In this document: piece after piece, positions 24,384-36,797 of the stretch
How positions within the stretch are numbered: position 1 is the stretch's first letter
How the letters are laid out: every line of letters starts with the position of its first letter
Origin: Octopus sinensis
Taxonomy: Eukaryota
DNA: 64,000 nt
Assembly: GCF_006345805.1 (NCBI RefSeq)
Contig: NC_043017.1
Location: 2,604,001-2,668,000 of the forward strand
Direction: 5' to 3'
Notes under the pieces: generated by a model
Database searches by the model: none
What the model was told of the DNA's origin: nothing
Seen by the model: only the letters and a program-made list of their open reading frames with translations
Translations under genes and position numbers: made by a program

Positions 24384-25489
24384 ATTTTAAATACTATATT
24401 TTGTCAGTTCCAACGATGATTTGTAGGTATTTATGCTAGTAGTTTAAGTAGCTTGGTTTCAATGTATTATTTACCAATGGGATGGAATATCTATTACTAT
24501 TAAAAGTCCTGCAAATAAAAACAAGAGTATGTGGAAACTAATAGCGGTCTGAGTTAGCGAACCTCGTTTTATAATTTTCACAAGTTGCTATGTCAAGGGA
24601 CTGCTCTGTGTATGTTTGAAAATACTTGTAATCGAAGTAATTACAAATGGTACGCTTCGTTCGTTAACTCGGTTTAACACCACCACTAACTCCTCTCTTA
24701 GAGCTCAACAAGGATTCGACCCAGTCTAGATAACTGCCTCTCTCAGCCATGTAGGCCCTTAAAAGGAAAAAAAACATGCATGGACGTTGCTCAGTGTCAT
24801 TTGGTTAGGAATTTATTCTTTACACATGCGCACACAAATGCACAACGCAAAAAGAAAAAGAAGCGAAAAGCAAATTAAGTTAAAAAGTTGTGTTTTTAGA
24901 AAAAAAAAAGATATTTTGATTGTGGCAACGTGGCGCGTCATCGTGGCAGGCGAACCAATCTTAAAGGCGTATTAAATCCTGTCAGCATTAAAGCTAAAAT
25001 AAAACCCCTAATTTGAACTCGATGACATTTTGTGAGGATTAAGTCTCGACTGCTTCTGCTAGAGTCGCAACACTTGTGAGTTATCTATGAGCTTTAAAAT
25101 AAATTAAAAACACCTTCACGTACACACGTGCATGTGTAGGCTTACTTACATTCATACATACACACATAGATACATACATATATGTATATATATATATATA
25201 CATACAAACACCCACACACGTGTGTATACATAGGAACATGCATACACGCTCCCCTAAGGACTTAGTTTTATCAATATTAAATCGTTATTTTAGTTTTCAA
25301 CTTGCTTTCTTATGCATCCGCGCGCACATACACGTGTGTGTCTCGTTACATTTATATTCAAATTTTAACGGCGCGAAATTGTAATGATGCTTTTGGACGT
25401 TGACTGATGAGGAATTAGCTGCGAATTTTCTGTTTGTTATGTTCTTGTAACACCTTCCGTTGTGCTTTTGTTAAATTTTTGAAATATCG

Positions 25490-25644
25490 CGGGAGTGGCT
25501 GTGTGGTTAGTAGCTAGCTTACCAACCACATGGTTCTCGAGTTCAGTCCCACTTGGGCTAATGTGTTCACCTATTGCCTCGGGCCGACCAAAGCCTTGTG
25601 AGTGGATTTGGTAGACGGAAACTGAAAGAATCCCGTCGTGTATA

Positions 25645-25675
<31 letters not shown>

Positions 25676-26032
25676 CAAAATAAGCTACAAGAATATCCAG
25701 ATATCTGGATATCCTTGTTGCTTATTTTGATTTTAATCGCCTTTGAAATTGTATGGATAAGAGAGTACTAAATTCTGGTACCATATTCATCTGAAACTAA
25801 ATTTTTGCGGAACTCATCTACCATATATGTGTGTGCGTGTCTGTATTTGTCTCCCCATCATCGCTTGACAACCGATGCTGGTGTGTTTACGTCCTCGTAA
25901 CTTAGCAGTTCGGCAAAAGAGCCCGATAGAATGAGTACTAGGATTACAAAGAATAAAGTCCTGGGGTCAATTTGCTCGACTAAAGACGGTGCTCCAGCAT
26001 GGCCGCAGTCAAATAACTGAAACATAAAAGAA
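25490..26032 (+). mobile_element. SINE family A with an about 150-bp insert in its central (TA)n
   Basis: Head 25490-25640, insert 25674-25822, tail to 26032. Confidence 0.85.
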
Positions 26033-26420
26033 TATATATATATATATATTATATATATATATCAAAATAAGCTACAAGAATATCCAGATATCTGGATATC
26101 CTTGTTGCTTATTTTGATTTTAATCGCCTTTGAAATTGTATGGATAAGAGAGTACTAAATTCTGGTACCATATTCATCTGAAACTAAATTTTTGCGGAAC
26201 TCATCTACCATATATGGTGTGTGCGTGTCTGTATTTGTCTCCCCATCATCGCTTGACAACCGATGCTGGTGTGTTTACGTCCTCGTAACTTAGCAGTTCG
26301 GCAAAAGAGCCCGATAGAATGAGTACTAGGATTACAAAGAATAAAGTCCTGGGGTCAATTTGCTCGACTAAAGACGGTGCTCCAGCATGGCCGCAGTCAA
26401 ATAACTGAAACATAAAAGAA
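25674..26420 (+). repeat. Near-identical tandem duplication, period 387 bp
   Basis: 25674-26032 recurs at 26061-26420; the only difference I see is one extra G; breakpoints fall in (TA)n. Confidence 0.95.
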
Positions 26421-27674
26421 TATATATATATATATGTATTATGTTGGTATATAACATTAACGTGACTAGAACCCTTCTACCAGTTGCTACAAGTGAGTTT
26501 AAGTATCGGTAATATATTATTTATTAGTTCTTTCAGTCGTACATTGATCTTGTCTCATTTCTCATTTTATCTTCAACTCCCAGAAAACTTTCCAACCTAA
26601 GCACATAACCAAAACACGGTTTTTTTCCCCCACGTACTTCCCTCCATGCCGCTCTCTTAACCAAACTCTTCTTCATTCTGATTTCCGAATTGCTATCGAC
26701 TTTCCCATTCACTCTTTCGCTTTCTCTCTTTTGTCTTAATTATGGGGTCCCACTTTTTTTCTCTCCTCTCTATTTTAATTCTTTCTTTTTTTTATTTTCT
26801 TTTGTTCCTGTTTATCTTCGATCTATTATCTCTTTCTTCCAATATTGTTCGTAATTTAGAAATATATTTAAAAGTCTGCAATGCAACATTTAAAAACATA
26901 TATTCGATGTTATTTAGCTCCGATCTATCCTACACTAGCTTTCCTGCGGTGAGTATTATATATGTATATATATATATGTGTGTGTGGACGCAGACATGGT
27001 TGTGTGGTAAGAACCTTGCCACCCACCTCCATGGTTCCGGGTTCACTCCCATGCGTAGTTCCTTGGCCTGCAAGTGTCTTCTACTGTGGCCTCATCATCA
27101 TTTATCTTGCAGAACTGGATTCTGTTTTATTGTTTTTTTTTTTTTTTTGTCATTTGACCCTCGATAATACCAAAGCTTTGTCTCTGAGGGTTTCAAGCCA
27201 AATATTTACTTCATTCTAGCTCTTACTTAACCGATGCTTGTTACATTTTAAACCAACATCTATTTATACCGTATTGCCAGTGACACGGGGTGGTCTTACT
27301 TCTGGCTGGATTCTACTCTCATGAAGACGTCGATCGATCAGAGGCCGAAAAGAAAAAAGAAAACAACAAGAAAGCTTCCGAACCACGTGGTTAGAAGCAA
27401 AACTTCCTAATCGAAAACATTCTCGAACAAAAAAAAACAATTTCTGTTAGAAATAGCAGCCAAAACTCGTTCAAACCGACGCCTACCGCCTTAGATAAGG
27501 GTGGACCATACAACGAAAGATAGTAGGTGATTCCATCTGCTTAACATATATGTGAAATTTTTCGTCACCTCACATCACATTGTCTTTAAAAATGTCCACA
27601 ATGGATAATTTAGAACCAAAATCACAGTGAATGGAAAAAAAAAAAAATGGCTACGGCTGAAACTTTTTCTTATA

Positions 27675-28070
27675 GACGTAGGCATGGCTGTGTGGTAAGA
27701 AGCTTGCTTCTCAACTACACGGTTCCGGGTTCAGTTCCAACTGCAGGGTTCCATTGGCAAATGTCCTCTGCTACAGCCTTGGACTGGCCAAAGTATTCTG
27801 AGAGGATTTGGTAGACGGAAACTGAAAGAAGTCCATCATATATATATATGTATATATATCTTTGCGTCTGTGTTTGTCCCCAACCAGTGTTGGTGTTTTT
27901 TTACGTCCCAGTGACTTAATGGTTCGGCAAAAAGAGACCGATTGAAAAAAGTACCAGGCTTGAAAAATAAAAGGACTGAGGTCGATTTATTTCCGCTAAA
28001 TACTTTTTCGCGGCGGTGACCCAGCATGGCCGCAGTCTAATGCCTGTAATAAGTAAAAAGTAAAAGATAG
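27675..28070 (+). mobile_element. SINE family A
   Basis: GGCATGGCTGTGTGGTAAGAAGC head, CCAGCATGGCCGCAGTC tail. Confidence 0.85.
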
Positions 28071-28303
28071 TTCTGTTCAATTTATTTTTGACTTGAGACT
28101 AAATTACGACTTTATCGAACGACCGTTCGATTTGGCAATCGAACTTGGACTCTTCACTTTTCGCCTTCATTCATTATTATTTTTTTCTTAAACTTTCTCT
28201 CACCCTTCTCCCTCTCGTCCTTTCTCAATATATTCTAACCATTTTCCTTTCTTTCTTTTTACATTCTCAATTTTTCCTTTCATCTCTCCTTCCCCACCCG
28301 ACC

Positions 28304-28334
<31 letters not shown>

Positions 28335-28454
28335 CTTACTAAACAATATCTTTCTCTTTGTCTACGCAATTTATCGAATATTTATCGTCACACTTTCTTT
28401 TTTCTTCTTTTTTTCTTTCTTCTGTATATTTCTATCACAAACATTTTACTCACA

Positions 28455-28485
<31 letters not shown>

Positions 28486-29035
28486 CCTCCCCTTCTTTCC
28501 TCTTAATTGTTAATTTGCGTTCCGATTGTGCAAATCAGAACTCTGTATGTGTGTGTGAGATGGAGAGAGAGAAAAATATGCATGTATGTCCGTGTGTATA
28601 AATGCAATCTTCTCCGTCCACGTCTCAGCTACATCTCTGTCCACTGTCCGTGCGTCAGTGAAAGGTGACGTAATCGCTATCATTGCTCCTCTCTCTCTCT
28701 CTCTCTCTCTCTCTGCCCCTATCGCTTCACTCTTTCTCTCTCTTCCTCCCCCTCTCTCTCTCTCTAAGCATGCATTCTGTTTTTTTCCCCACTTTCTCTC
28801 GTTCTAACACGTACACTATCGCCCTCTATTCCTGTATCTCTCTCTGTCTATCAACTCCATTGTGGTAAATCCAGCCAATATCTTCATTGTCAACACTAGA
28901 TTACTCCTAATCTGCCGTGCAGGTAGCTATTTCGAAAACATTGATAAACGACCAGACAAAAATTCCTTGGCTTTGGCCGCCTCGCTCTTCCATTTATTAT
29001 CCACCTCCCCACACCTTTCCTCTCTATCACGTTCC

Positions 29036-29207
29036 GGTACTACTTAACAAGAGTGGTCCCGGTGCGCGCACTCGCGTACTCGCGCATCCGTGCTAGCTAG
29101 TCGTGACTAGTCGATCCTACAACGACTACCCAGCAAAGGAAATAAAACACAAAAACACAAAGTAAGGATCGACTAGTCACGACTAGCTTGCGCGGATGCG
29201 CGAGTAC
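29036..29207. mobile_element. Second copy of the Merlin-type MITE, right TIR truncated
   Basis: Starts GGTACTACTTAACAAGAGTGGTC with the same internal sequence as 5512-5762; right end runs into (CA)n. Confidence 0.85.
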
Positions 29208-29277
29208 ACACACACACGCACAGATCAATTTCTTTTATTGGACTGATCTCGTTTGAGCGACGGTACTGTCTTCTAGG

Positions 29278-29590
29278 TGAAGGCGTTGGGCTTACAATCG
29301 TGAGGTTATGAGTTCAATTCCCGGACCGGGCTGTGTCCTGTGTACTTGAACGAGATACGGATCTTTTCTTCACGTTGCTCCAGTTCACTCAGCTGTAGAA
29401 ATGAGTTGTGACGTCACTGGTGCCAAGCCTGTATCGGCCCCTTTGCCTTTCCCTTGGATAACATCAGTGGCGTGGAAATGGGGAGGGTGGTATGCATGGT
29501 AACAACCTTGCTTGGACTCGTGCCTTGGAGGGGAACTTTCTAGATGTAATCCCATGGTCATTCAAGACCGAAAGGGGTCTTTTACCGTTT
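29278..29590 (+). mobile_element. SINE family C
   Basis: Homologous to 22702-23036 with internal deletions. Confidence 0.85.
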
Positions 29591-30014
29591 ACTGTCTTCT
29601 CGAAGACAGTCGATTCCATTGAGCTTCGGAAGGATAAAATACTAAGCAGAACTGGGCAAGGAATTGAATTCGGGACGTAGAGACATCGTCAAACACCACA
29701 GGGTGGCGATAGTGGTGGTGGTGGTGGTGGTGGTGGTGGTGGTAGCGGGTCAGCTCGCTGTAAGTTTTAAAATGGTAAATGGGTTGCCAGAACCAGTGGT
29801 AGGAGATCGGTAAGTTTCAGGGAAAATGGAGGTTTAGTTTCTTTTACTGTCTGGATGCCAATCTCATCGATGGCGACTTAGCTTTTCGCATTGGCGCTGT
29901 CGATAAAATAAGCAATCGGTTGGCGGCATCGATATAATTGATTCTTCCCCCCACCCCCGCTGTTTATTGAAAAAGACACACACACACACACACATATATA
30001 ATAAACATATCTGT

Positions 30015-30372
30015 TGTGGCTGTGTGATAAGGAGCTTACTTTCTAACCACATGGTTCTGGGTTCAGTTCCACTGCGTGGCACCTTCAGCGAGTGTCTTCT
30101 ACTATTGCCAGCAGATTTGGTAGATGAAAACAAAAAGAAGCCCAACGTGTGTGTTTGTGTGTCTGTTTGTCCCCCCCACCCCCAACATCGCTTGACAACC
30201 GATGCTGGTGTGTTTATGTCCCCGTAACTTAGCGGTTCGGCAAGAGAACCGATAGTATAAGTACTAGGCTTACAAAGAATAAGTCCTGAGGTCGATTTTC
30301 TCGACTAAAGACGGTGCTCCAGCATGGCCTCAGTGAAATGACTGAAACAAGTAAAAGAGTAAAGAGTAAGAG
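30015..30372 (+). mobile_element. SINE family A
   Basis: Head, core and tail all present. Confidence 0.85.
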
Positions 30373-31628
30373 TATGCAATGAATGGCTATGGGGCTCCAG
30401 ATCAGTTAAACAGGAATCAAAGGTGGGGGGCATGGTTGAGAACTTCTGCTGTTCAGCCTTACGCTCGCTCTGTTTCTCCCTTCCTCTCATCTCATCCTCT
30501 CCTCCCTCTTTCTCTCTCTCTCTGTCTCGTCTTTTCTCTCCTCCTCCTCCTCCTGTCGAGCGATCGGGATACAGCGCTTTTTACTCTCTTTCCTTTCTCC
30601 ATGTTTTTCGCCTCTTCCCCTCTCGCCTTACTACCTCTTTGTCTTTCTCTCTCTCTCTCTTTCTATCTCACGCACACACACATCCATAGATAACCAGACA
30701 CACACGCACACACACGGGGTAGGAAGGTGTCTCGGCTGGTAGCGAGGATATAAAATAAATATTTGTGTACCTCCTGAATGGGCTATAATTACTTTAAAAC
30801 CTGATTTCCTCCAAATGAAATATTTGGAATGTTTTACAACACACACACATGCACACACACAAACACACACACACACACACTTCTGTCCTCGTCCCCTCTT
30901 CTCTCGGCCCATCCTGTTGCTTCTGCCGTTTTGCCGCCGCCACCCTACCTACCCTGCTAACAGTTCTCTTGTATATACTGACATCTGTTAATGGGTACGG
31001 TTTAAGTTTAACTATTAACAACGAAACAAATAAGGATGAACCATGAGAAAGGCGGCCGTTATGTGGCCAACCGACCCGCTAGAAATAGCAACCAAATCTT
31101 CTTCATCTTACTTTGGGGAAAGACAAATTTGATGGGAGGTACGTGTTCCAGCGTCTTCTTGATTGTCCCTTGATCTATTTGCTTCTGTTAAGGCCTGAGA
31201 TTTGGAGGAGCGAGCCCGCCGATTACATTGAACTCGTACTTGACTCGTTCTTTATTCCAAACGATCCTTGAGAGATGATAGGCAAAGTTGACCTCACCGG
31301 AATTTGAACCCAGTGTGTGAAGAACCGGAAGAAATACCGCAAAGCATTTTTCCGATGCGCAAATGATTCTGCTTGTTCGTGGTTCCGGGTTCAGTTTCAC
31401 CGTGTGACGTCTTGGGCAAGTGTCTTCTATAGCTTTGGGCCGACCAAAGCGTTGGGGTCGATTTGTTCAACTAAAACCCCGGAAGGCGGTGCTCCAGCAT
31501 GGCCGCAATCAAATGACTGCAGCCATGCTGGAGCACCACTTCGACGGGTTTAATGTAATAAATCGATTCTAGTCCTTTTTTTTTTTTTTTTTACTATTTC
31601 TAAGTCTGGTACCGAACTGGTAAGTTGT

Positions 31629-31732
31629 AATATGGCATCAGAATTTTCGTCGCTCGAACCTGCTACGCAGTCTCTCACGATGTCAGTGACCAGGGTCGCA
31701 GTTTCGAGCGACGAAAATGTTGACGCCATATT
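31629..31732. repeat. 104-nt CpG-rich inverted repeat/hairpin
   Basis: AATATGGCATCAGAATTTTCGTCGCTCGAA versus TTCGAGCGACGAAAATGTTGACGCCATATT, 27/30 complementary; stem continues imperfectly inward. Confidence 0.9.
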
Positions 31733-32512
31733 TAAAAAAAAAAACAAAAACGAACAATAAATGTTTGAGTGAAGTTCGCGTGTCTCTGAATGGCGAACTG
31801 GTGTCTTTTATGATGCAATCGTTCGAGTTTCAACACACGGTCTCAGATCAAAATCACTTGCCTGTTAAATACACCTCTGCGAGTGCGAGAAGTCCGTCGG
31901 CTGCTACTGAAATTCAGTTGGTCAAACTTGTTTGTCCATCTAGCTCCCACCACCACCACACTATCAGTGATTTTATCCGAGCTCCCAAGAATCATATGGA
32001 CCCCGGTTGAGATCCATCACTCTATGCGGTGGTCAATCCCGGTGGAAATATTAACTAAATGTCTCTAAGTAAGCAAAAGCCTATCGTATTGATAAAGAAA
32101 ATGCCGCCTGCGTTCAACTGAGAATATTCATATACAATTAGAAAAACTCCCAGAGAATTGGGATTTTAAGCAGCAAAAAAAAAAAATTGGGGGGTAATAA
32201 CTCTGTTTGGGGGAAGCGATAGATAATTCAGATTGTGGTGGGGGTGACTCTGATCCAGTGTTAGTAACGAACAGATGAAGGTAGCGAGCATGTATCGGGT
32301 ATTATTACACTACCTCAGCGAAGCACATTCTACTAAGTTGGCCGATGATGGTTTATTTACGTGCCGTAACTTAACTGTTCGGGAAAAGTGATCTGATAGA
32401 ATATGTACCAGACTTTTGAAAATATGGACTGGGGGGTGGGGTCAGTTTGTTCAAATACTAAATAATTCAAGGTGGTGCCCCAGCATATCTGCAGTCCAGT
32501 GACTGAAACAAA

Positions 32513-32908
32513 TCTCTCTCTATATATAAAGCTGAAGTCGTCTGTGTATGGCAGGTTTGGCAGCCTTCAACTAACATTATCTCCCTCGAAACCCTGCAGC
32601 GCAAGTTGACCAAAATTGAGAGTATGATAGAAGGCTTGCTCTTCCTTCCGCAGAAGAAAAAATTCAAATCGGACTATGTTAACTCCAAAAATTATTTACA
32701 TCAAAAATGTACTTTCTTTTTTCCTATGAAAATCCCTATTTTTTACGATCTTTTTGACTGCTGTGTCGCCATTTTTCGGTGTATTTCAACCAGAAAAATG
32801 TTCACTTAAAGAGAATAACAAGCTACACAATGCAAAATTTTTACTTTTCAAAAATCACAATTCTAAAGGGTCGAAACAAACTCGAGTAACGCTGGGTGAT
32901 ACTGCTAG
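32513..32908 (+). mobile_element. Non-autonomous Helitron (396 bp)
   Basis: 5' TC(TC)nTATATATAAA, decayed subterminal GC hairpin CTCGAGTAACGCTGGG, 3' CTAG; inserted between A and T with no TSD; removing it restores a SINE-A tail GACTGAAACAAA|TAAAGGATAAAA. Confidence 0.85.
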
Positions 32909-33184
32909 TAAAGGATAAAAAGTAAGATATCGTGACTTAGAAATTATCCTGAAAAGCGCTTTGCATATCGCAGAAAGAAAAAAAAAGATTTTTCTGTTTA
33001 ATATTGCTGAGCGCTTCTCTAAGGTAATTTTTTTACCTTTCTGTCCATTGTATGAGATTTAGATATAACGTCTGAGAGAGAGAGAAGGGAAGGGGGGGGG
33101 CACGGTACAACTAAATCGTTTTTTTTGCTGTATCAGAGCTGACCTGGGACAAAGCAATAGAACGATCAGGAAGTGAGTGAAACA

Positions 33185-33212
33185 CCTTTTTCTCGTTATT
33201 TTACAGGTGAGT
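33185..33212 (+). other. Candidate recursive splice site (ratchet point)
   Basis: CCTTTTTCTCGTTATTTTACAG|GTGAGT: an acceptor immediately followed by a consensus donor. Confidence 0.35.
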
Positions 33213-33275
33213 TTACTCTTTGTAAAGAAGCAGGAGGAGAGAAAGCGTGAAGGTAAAAAGTAAAATACAGCACAA

Positions 33276-33312
<37 letters not shown>

Positions 33313-33577
33313 TTCTGTCTGTCTGTCTCTGACTTCCTTTCAAATGTGACCTGTTCCCTTCCCGTTTATTGTGACAGCTCTCTCGGATTTACACTAAGGC
33401 ATTTCTCTTCCAACAATTGCGACCTCTCTCTTTCACCCATCCCCATCTATTCTGACATATCTACCTCTCCGTTTATTTGTTTTTGCTTTTTAGTGTTTGT
33501 TGAAGGGGTTAGAGTATAGTGTTGGTTGTGGGGTCACAAGGTGTGCCGGTGATGGTGGTGGTGGTTGGTGCAGTATA

Positions 33578-33786
33578 TATTTCTTTACTACCCACAAGGG
33601 ACTAAACAAGGATAGACAAACGGATTCAGTCGATTACATCGACCCCAGTGCGTAACTGGTACTTAATTTATCGACCCCGAAAGGATGGATAGGCAAAGTC
33701 GATCTCGGCGGAATTTGAACCCAGAACGTAACGGCAGACGAAATACGGCTACGCATTTCGCCCGGCTTGCTAACGTTTCTGCCAGT
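33578..33786 (-). mobile_element. SINE family B
   Basis: Reverse complement of the head and core, CpG-rich. Confidence 0.85.
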
Positions 33787-33857
33787 TTAATGATGTTGAT
33801 GTGGTGGTGTTTAACCACAGCACTTACGAGAATCTAGTTGTGGTTTGTACACTGGTC

Positions 33858-33902
<45 letters not shown>

Positions 33903-34611
33903 TATTGAGGATATAAATGAATGTAGTGTTGTGATTTACGTTGAAGCTGTTAATACGAGTGTTAGTTGTGACTGTAACAAGCATTGTTGTGTGGTTAGTG
34001 CAGTGTTGTGGTTTGTGTGATAGTGTAGAGGTAGGTGACGGTGGAAGGAGAGGAAAGAATTGCGGTCGATGTCAGAAGCAAAGGCGGCTGCTTATAAATT
34101 AGTTTTCCTCGTTAGGAAGATGTCGATGGCGGTGAATCTAATTAAAACACACAATAAACCTCAACTCGTATATTTTTTTTTCTCACGAATTGTTCCTAAT
34201 CTTTAACCCAGAGCAGGTGTAAATATATATATATATATATATACTCGTGTGTGTGTGATTGTGTCTTGGCCGTATTCTTCTTTGTATCTCTTATTAAAAC
34301 ACAGAAAGGTTTTATCATCCGTAGTTAACAACAGTAACCATGAGGATGAGATTCTTTTTTCTTCTTCATCTCTCTTTCCATCATTGTTTGTATATAAACT
34401 ACACTGTACCACCTTCATCTCACCTACCAATTACCTCCGTTTCTTCTCCTCCTCTTCCTCCACTCTCTCTCTTTCTCTCCCTCTATGTTTGTGTGTCTTA
34501 CCTTTCATTTCTAAGCTATTCTTCTCATAAAGGATCTCCCCTAATCAACTCTCATTGTGTCCCTCTATATACGCGTATTGCCTCTCTATTCTTTCCCTGT
34601 CGCCCCTCTCT

Positions 34612-34644
<33 letters not shown>

Positions 34645-34758
34645 TCTTCCCATTTCTGCCAGGGATCGCTTATGTCAGCACTGTATCCATGTGACGCTTC
34701 ATTTTCTTTTGAGAGCAGAACTCTCTTATTCATTCCTGCTATGATGACACACTCACTG

Positions 34759-34793
<35 letters not shown>

Positions 34794-34827
34794 GTCTGTC
34801 TGTCTGTCTGTATATCTATATGTGTAC

Positions 34828-34858
<31 letters not shown>

Positions 34859-35193
34859 TCTATATATATATATATATATACATATTTTTATATATTATTT
34901 ATATTATTCTGTGATCAAACGCTACGCATCGTTTTCCAAGTATGTGTGTGTGTGTATATATATATATATAGTGTGTGTGTATATATATCCCTTATATCGT
35001 TTTGACTGCTAAATGCAATTTTAACTAGTTTTGCACGATCTATTGTATCTCTCTCTCTCTCTCCTTCATATAGATAGACACACACACACACACCCTGTGT
35101 GTAGGGTGCGTGCGCACCCACCGTCGACAGCTGCCGTGACTGGTCAAAGCTAAAATGTATATTAGTGGGGACCAGAGAGACACACAGCTAAAT

Positions 35194-35225
<32 letters not shown>

Positions 35226-35379
35226 TTATGCACATATCTATCTATATACATACACACCTACTTACACAGTGCTCGCTATGTAAGGTCGTTAACACACACA
35301 CATACATGTGTGTGTAGATAGGCGGTGTATGTTATTTCACTCCTGCCGAGTTGTTTTCAATTAGGAGTGTATGTATGTG

Positions 35380-35413
<34 letters not shown>

Positions 35414-35521
35414 ACGTATGTATATGTCTGTATAGTGTGTGTGTATATTGTTAGTGTGATTTGATTTTCTCTTCATCTCTTCTCTTTTTCCTATCCCTTC
35501 CTTGATGAGCTCTCTTCCCCC

Positions 35522-35554
<33 letters not shown>

Positions 35555-36518
35555 TTTTCCTTCTTTCAACTCTTATCCTCTGCCACCTTACACGCTAATT
35601 ATATTTTCCTCTTTTCTTTTCTCTCTCCTGCTTTTTTTTTAACTTTCCGTATACTTATTTTTCTCACTAAATATCCTTCGCTGATGACCTGCTCTCTCTC
35701 TCTCTCTCTCTCTCTCCCTCCCTTCTCTTCCTTCTCCACTAACACTCTCTCTGGACATGAAAAATCTTTCTCCCTTCCGTCTATCTATCTATCTATCTAT
35801 CTATCAATCTATATATATATATCACTCCTTCGCGGTCTCTCTTAATATCCTTCGTTTCTCTATCTTTTCTCTCTCAACTCCAAAATTCTTCTGTAATGAT
35901 GAAAATACCTCTCTCTCTCTCGTCCCCCCTCTTTCCCTCTCTCTTTCCCTCTTCTCCCTCTCTTCCTCTCTCTCTCCTAATGTTCTTTTCTCGTGATGAG
36001 ACGTGAGAGGCAAAGAAAAAAAAACATAATAATAATAATAATAAATAAATAAATAAATAAATAAACAATTACACCAACACACACAAAAATAACTGATATC
36101 GTAAACGGAAAGTAGGGAGGCGGAGGAGGAGGAGGAGGAGGAAAGCTTGAGGAAGAGGAAGAATAGGAAGAAAGTGGTTGGTAAGCAAACGGACGGGGCG
36201 GCGGCGGTGTGGGTGGTGGTGTGGGTGGAACTTATTATATTTCTACCATTTTTCTCTGTGATTGTTGTCTGTAGCGATAAAACTAGTTCCTGACAGATTG
36301 GACTTGGCCCTTGGCTGTTAACTTAATTGCAACCGTGTTAATGGACTCCAAGATGGTTTCAATAAACATTGCCATTCAAAGAGAACTTGTAGATGTCTTA
36401 ATTGGATTTTCGCTATCTCTCTCTCTCCTTCTGCCTTCTCTCCCTTCCTTCTCTCTCGCTCTCTCTCTCTCTCACCCATCTTGCATAGCTGTGTGTATGT
36501 ATGTATATGCACATTACT

Positions 36519-36550
<32 letters not shown>

Positions 36551-36652
36551 ACATACACACCCTCACGTACCCGCTCGCACCTTGACTGCATGTGTTTATA
36601 TATTTATATATATGTGTTTATGTATGAGACGTAATGGACGTGAAACCATACC

Positions 36653-36757
36653 CCAGTATACACGTAGTTTATATAATGTATATGTGTGTATGTATGTATG
36701 TATATATATATATATATACCAGTATACACGTAGTTTATATAATGTATATGTGTGTGT

Positions 36758-36790
<33 letters not shown>
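36653..36790 (+). repeat. 66-bp tandem duplication with microsatellite breakpoints
   Basis: CCAGTATACACGTAGTTTATATAATGTATATGTGTGT at 36653 and 36719. Confidence 0.9.

Positions 36791-36797
<7 letters not shown>

Noticed and set aside
31646-31663. TTCGTCGCTCGAACCTGC resembling miR-981/miR-76
   Set aside because: Seed differs and the sequence is shorter; not assignable to that family
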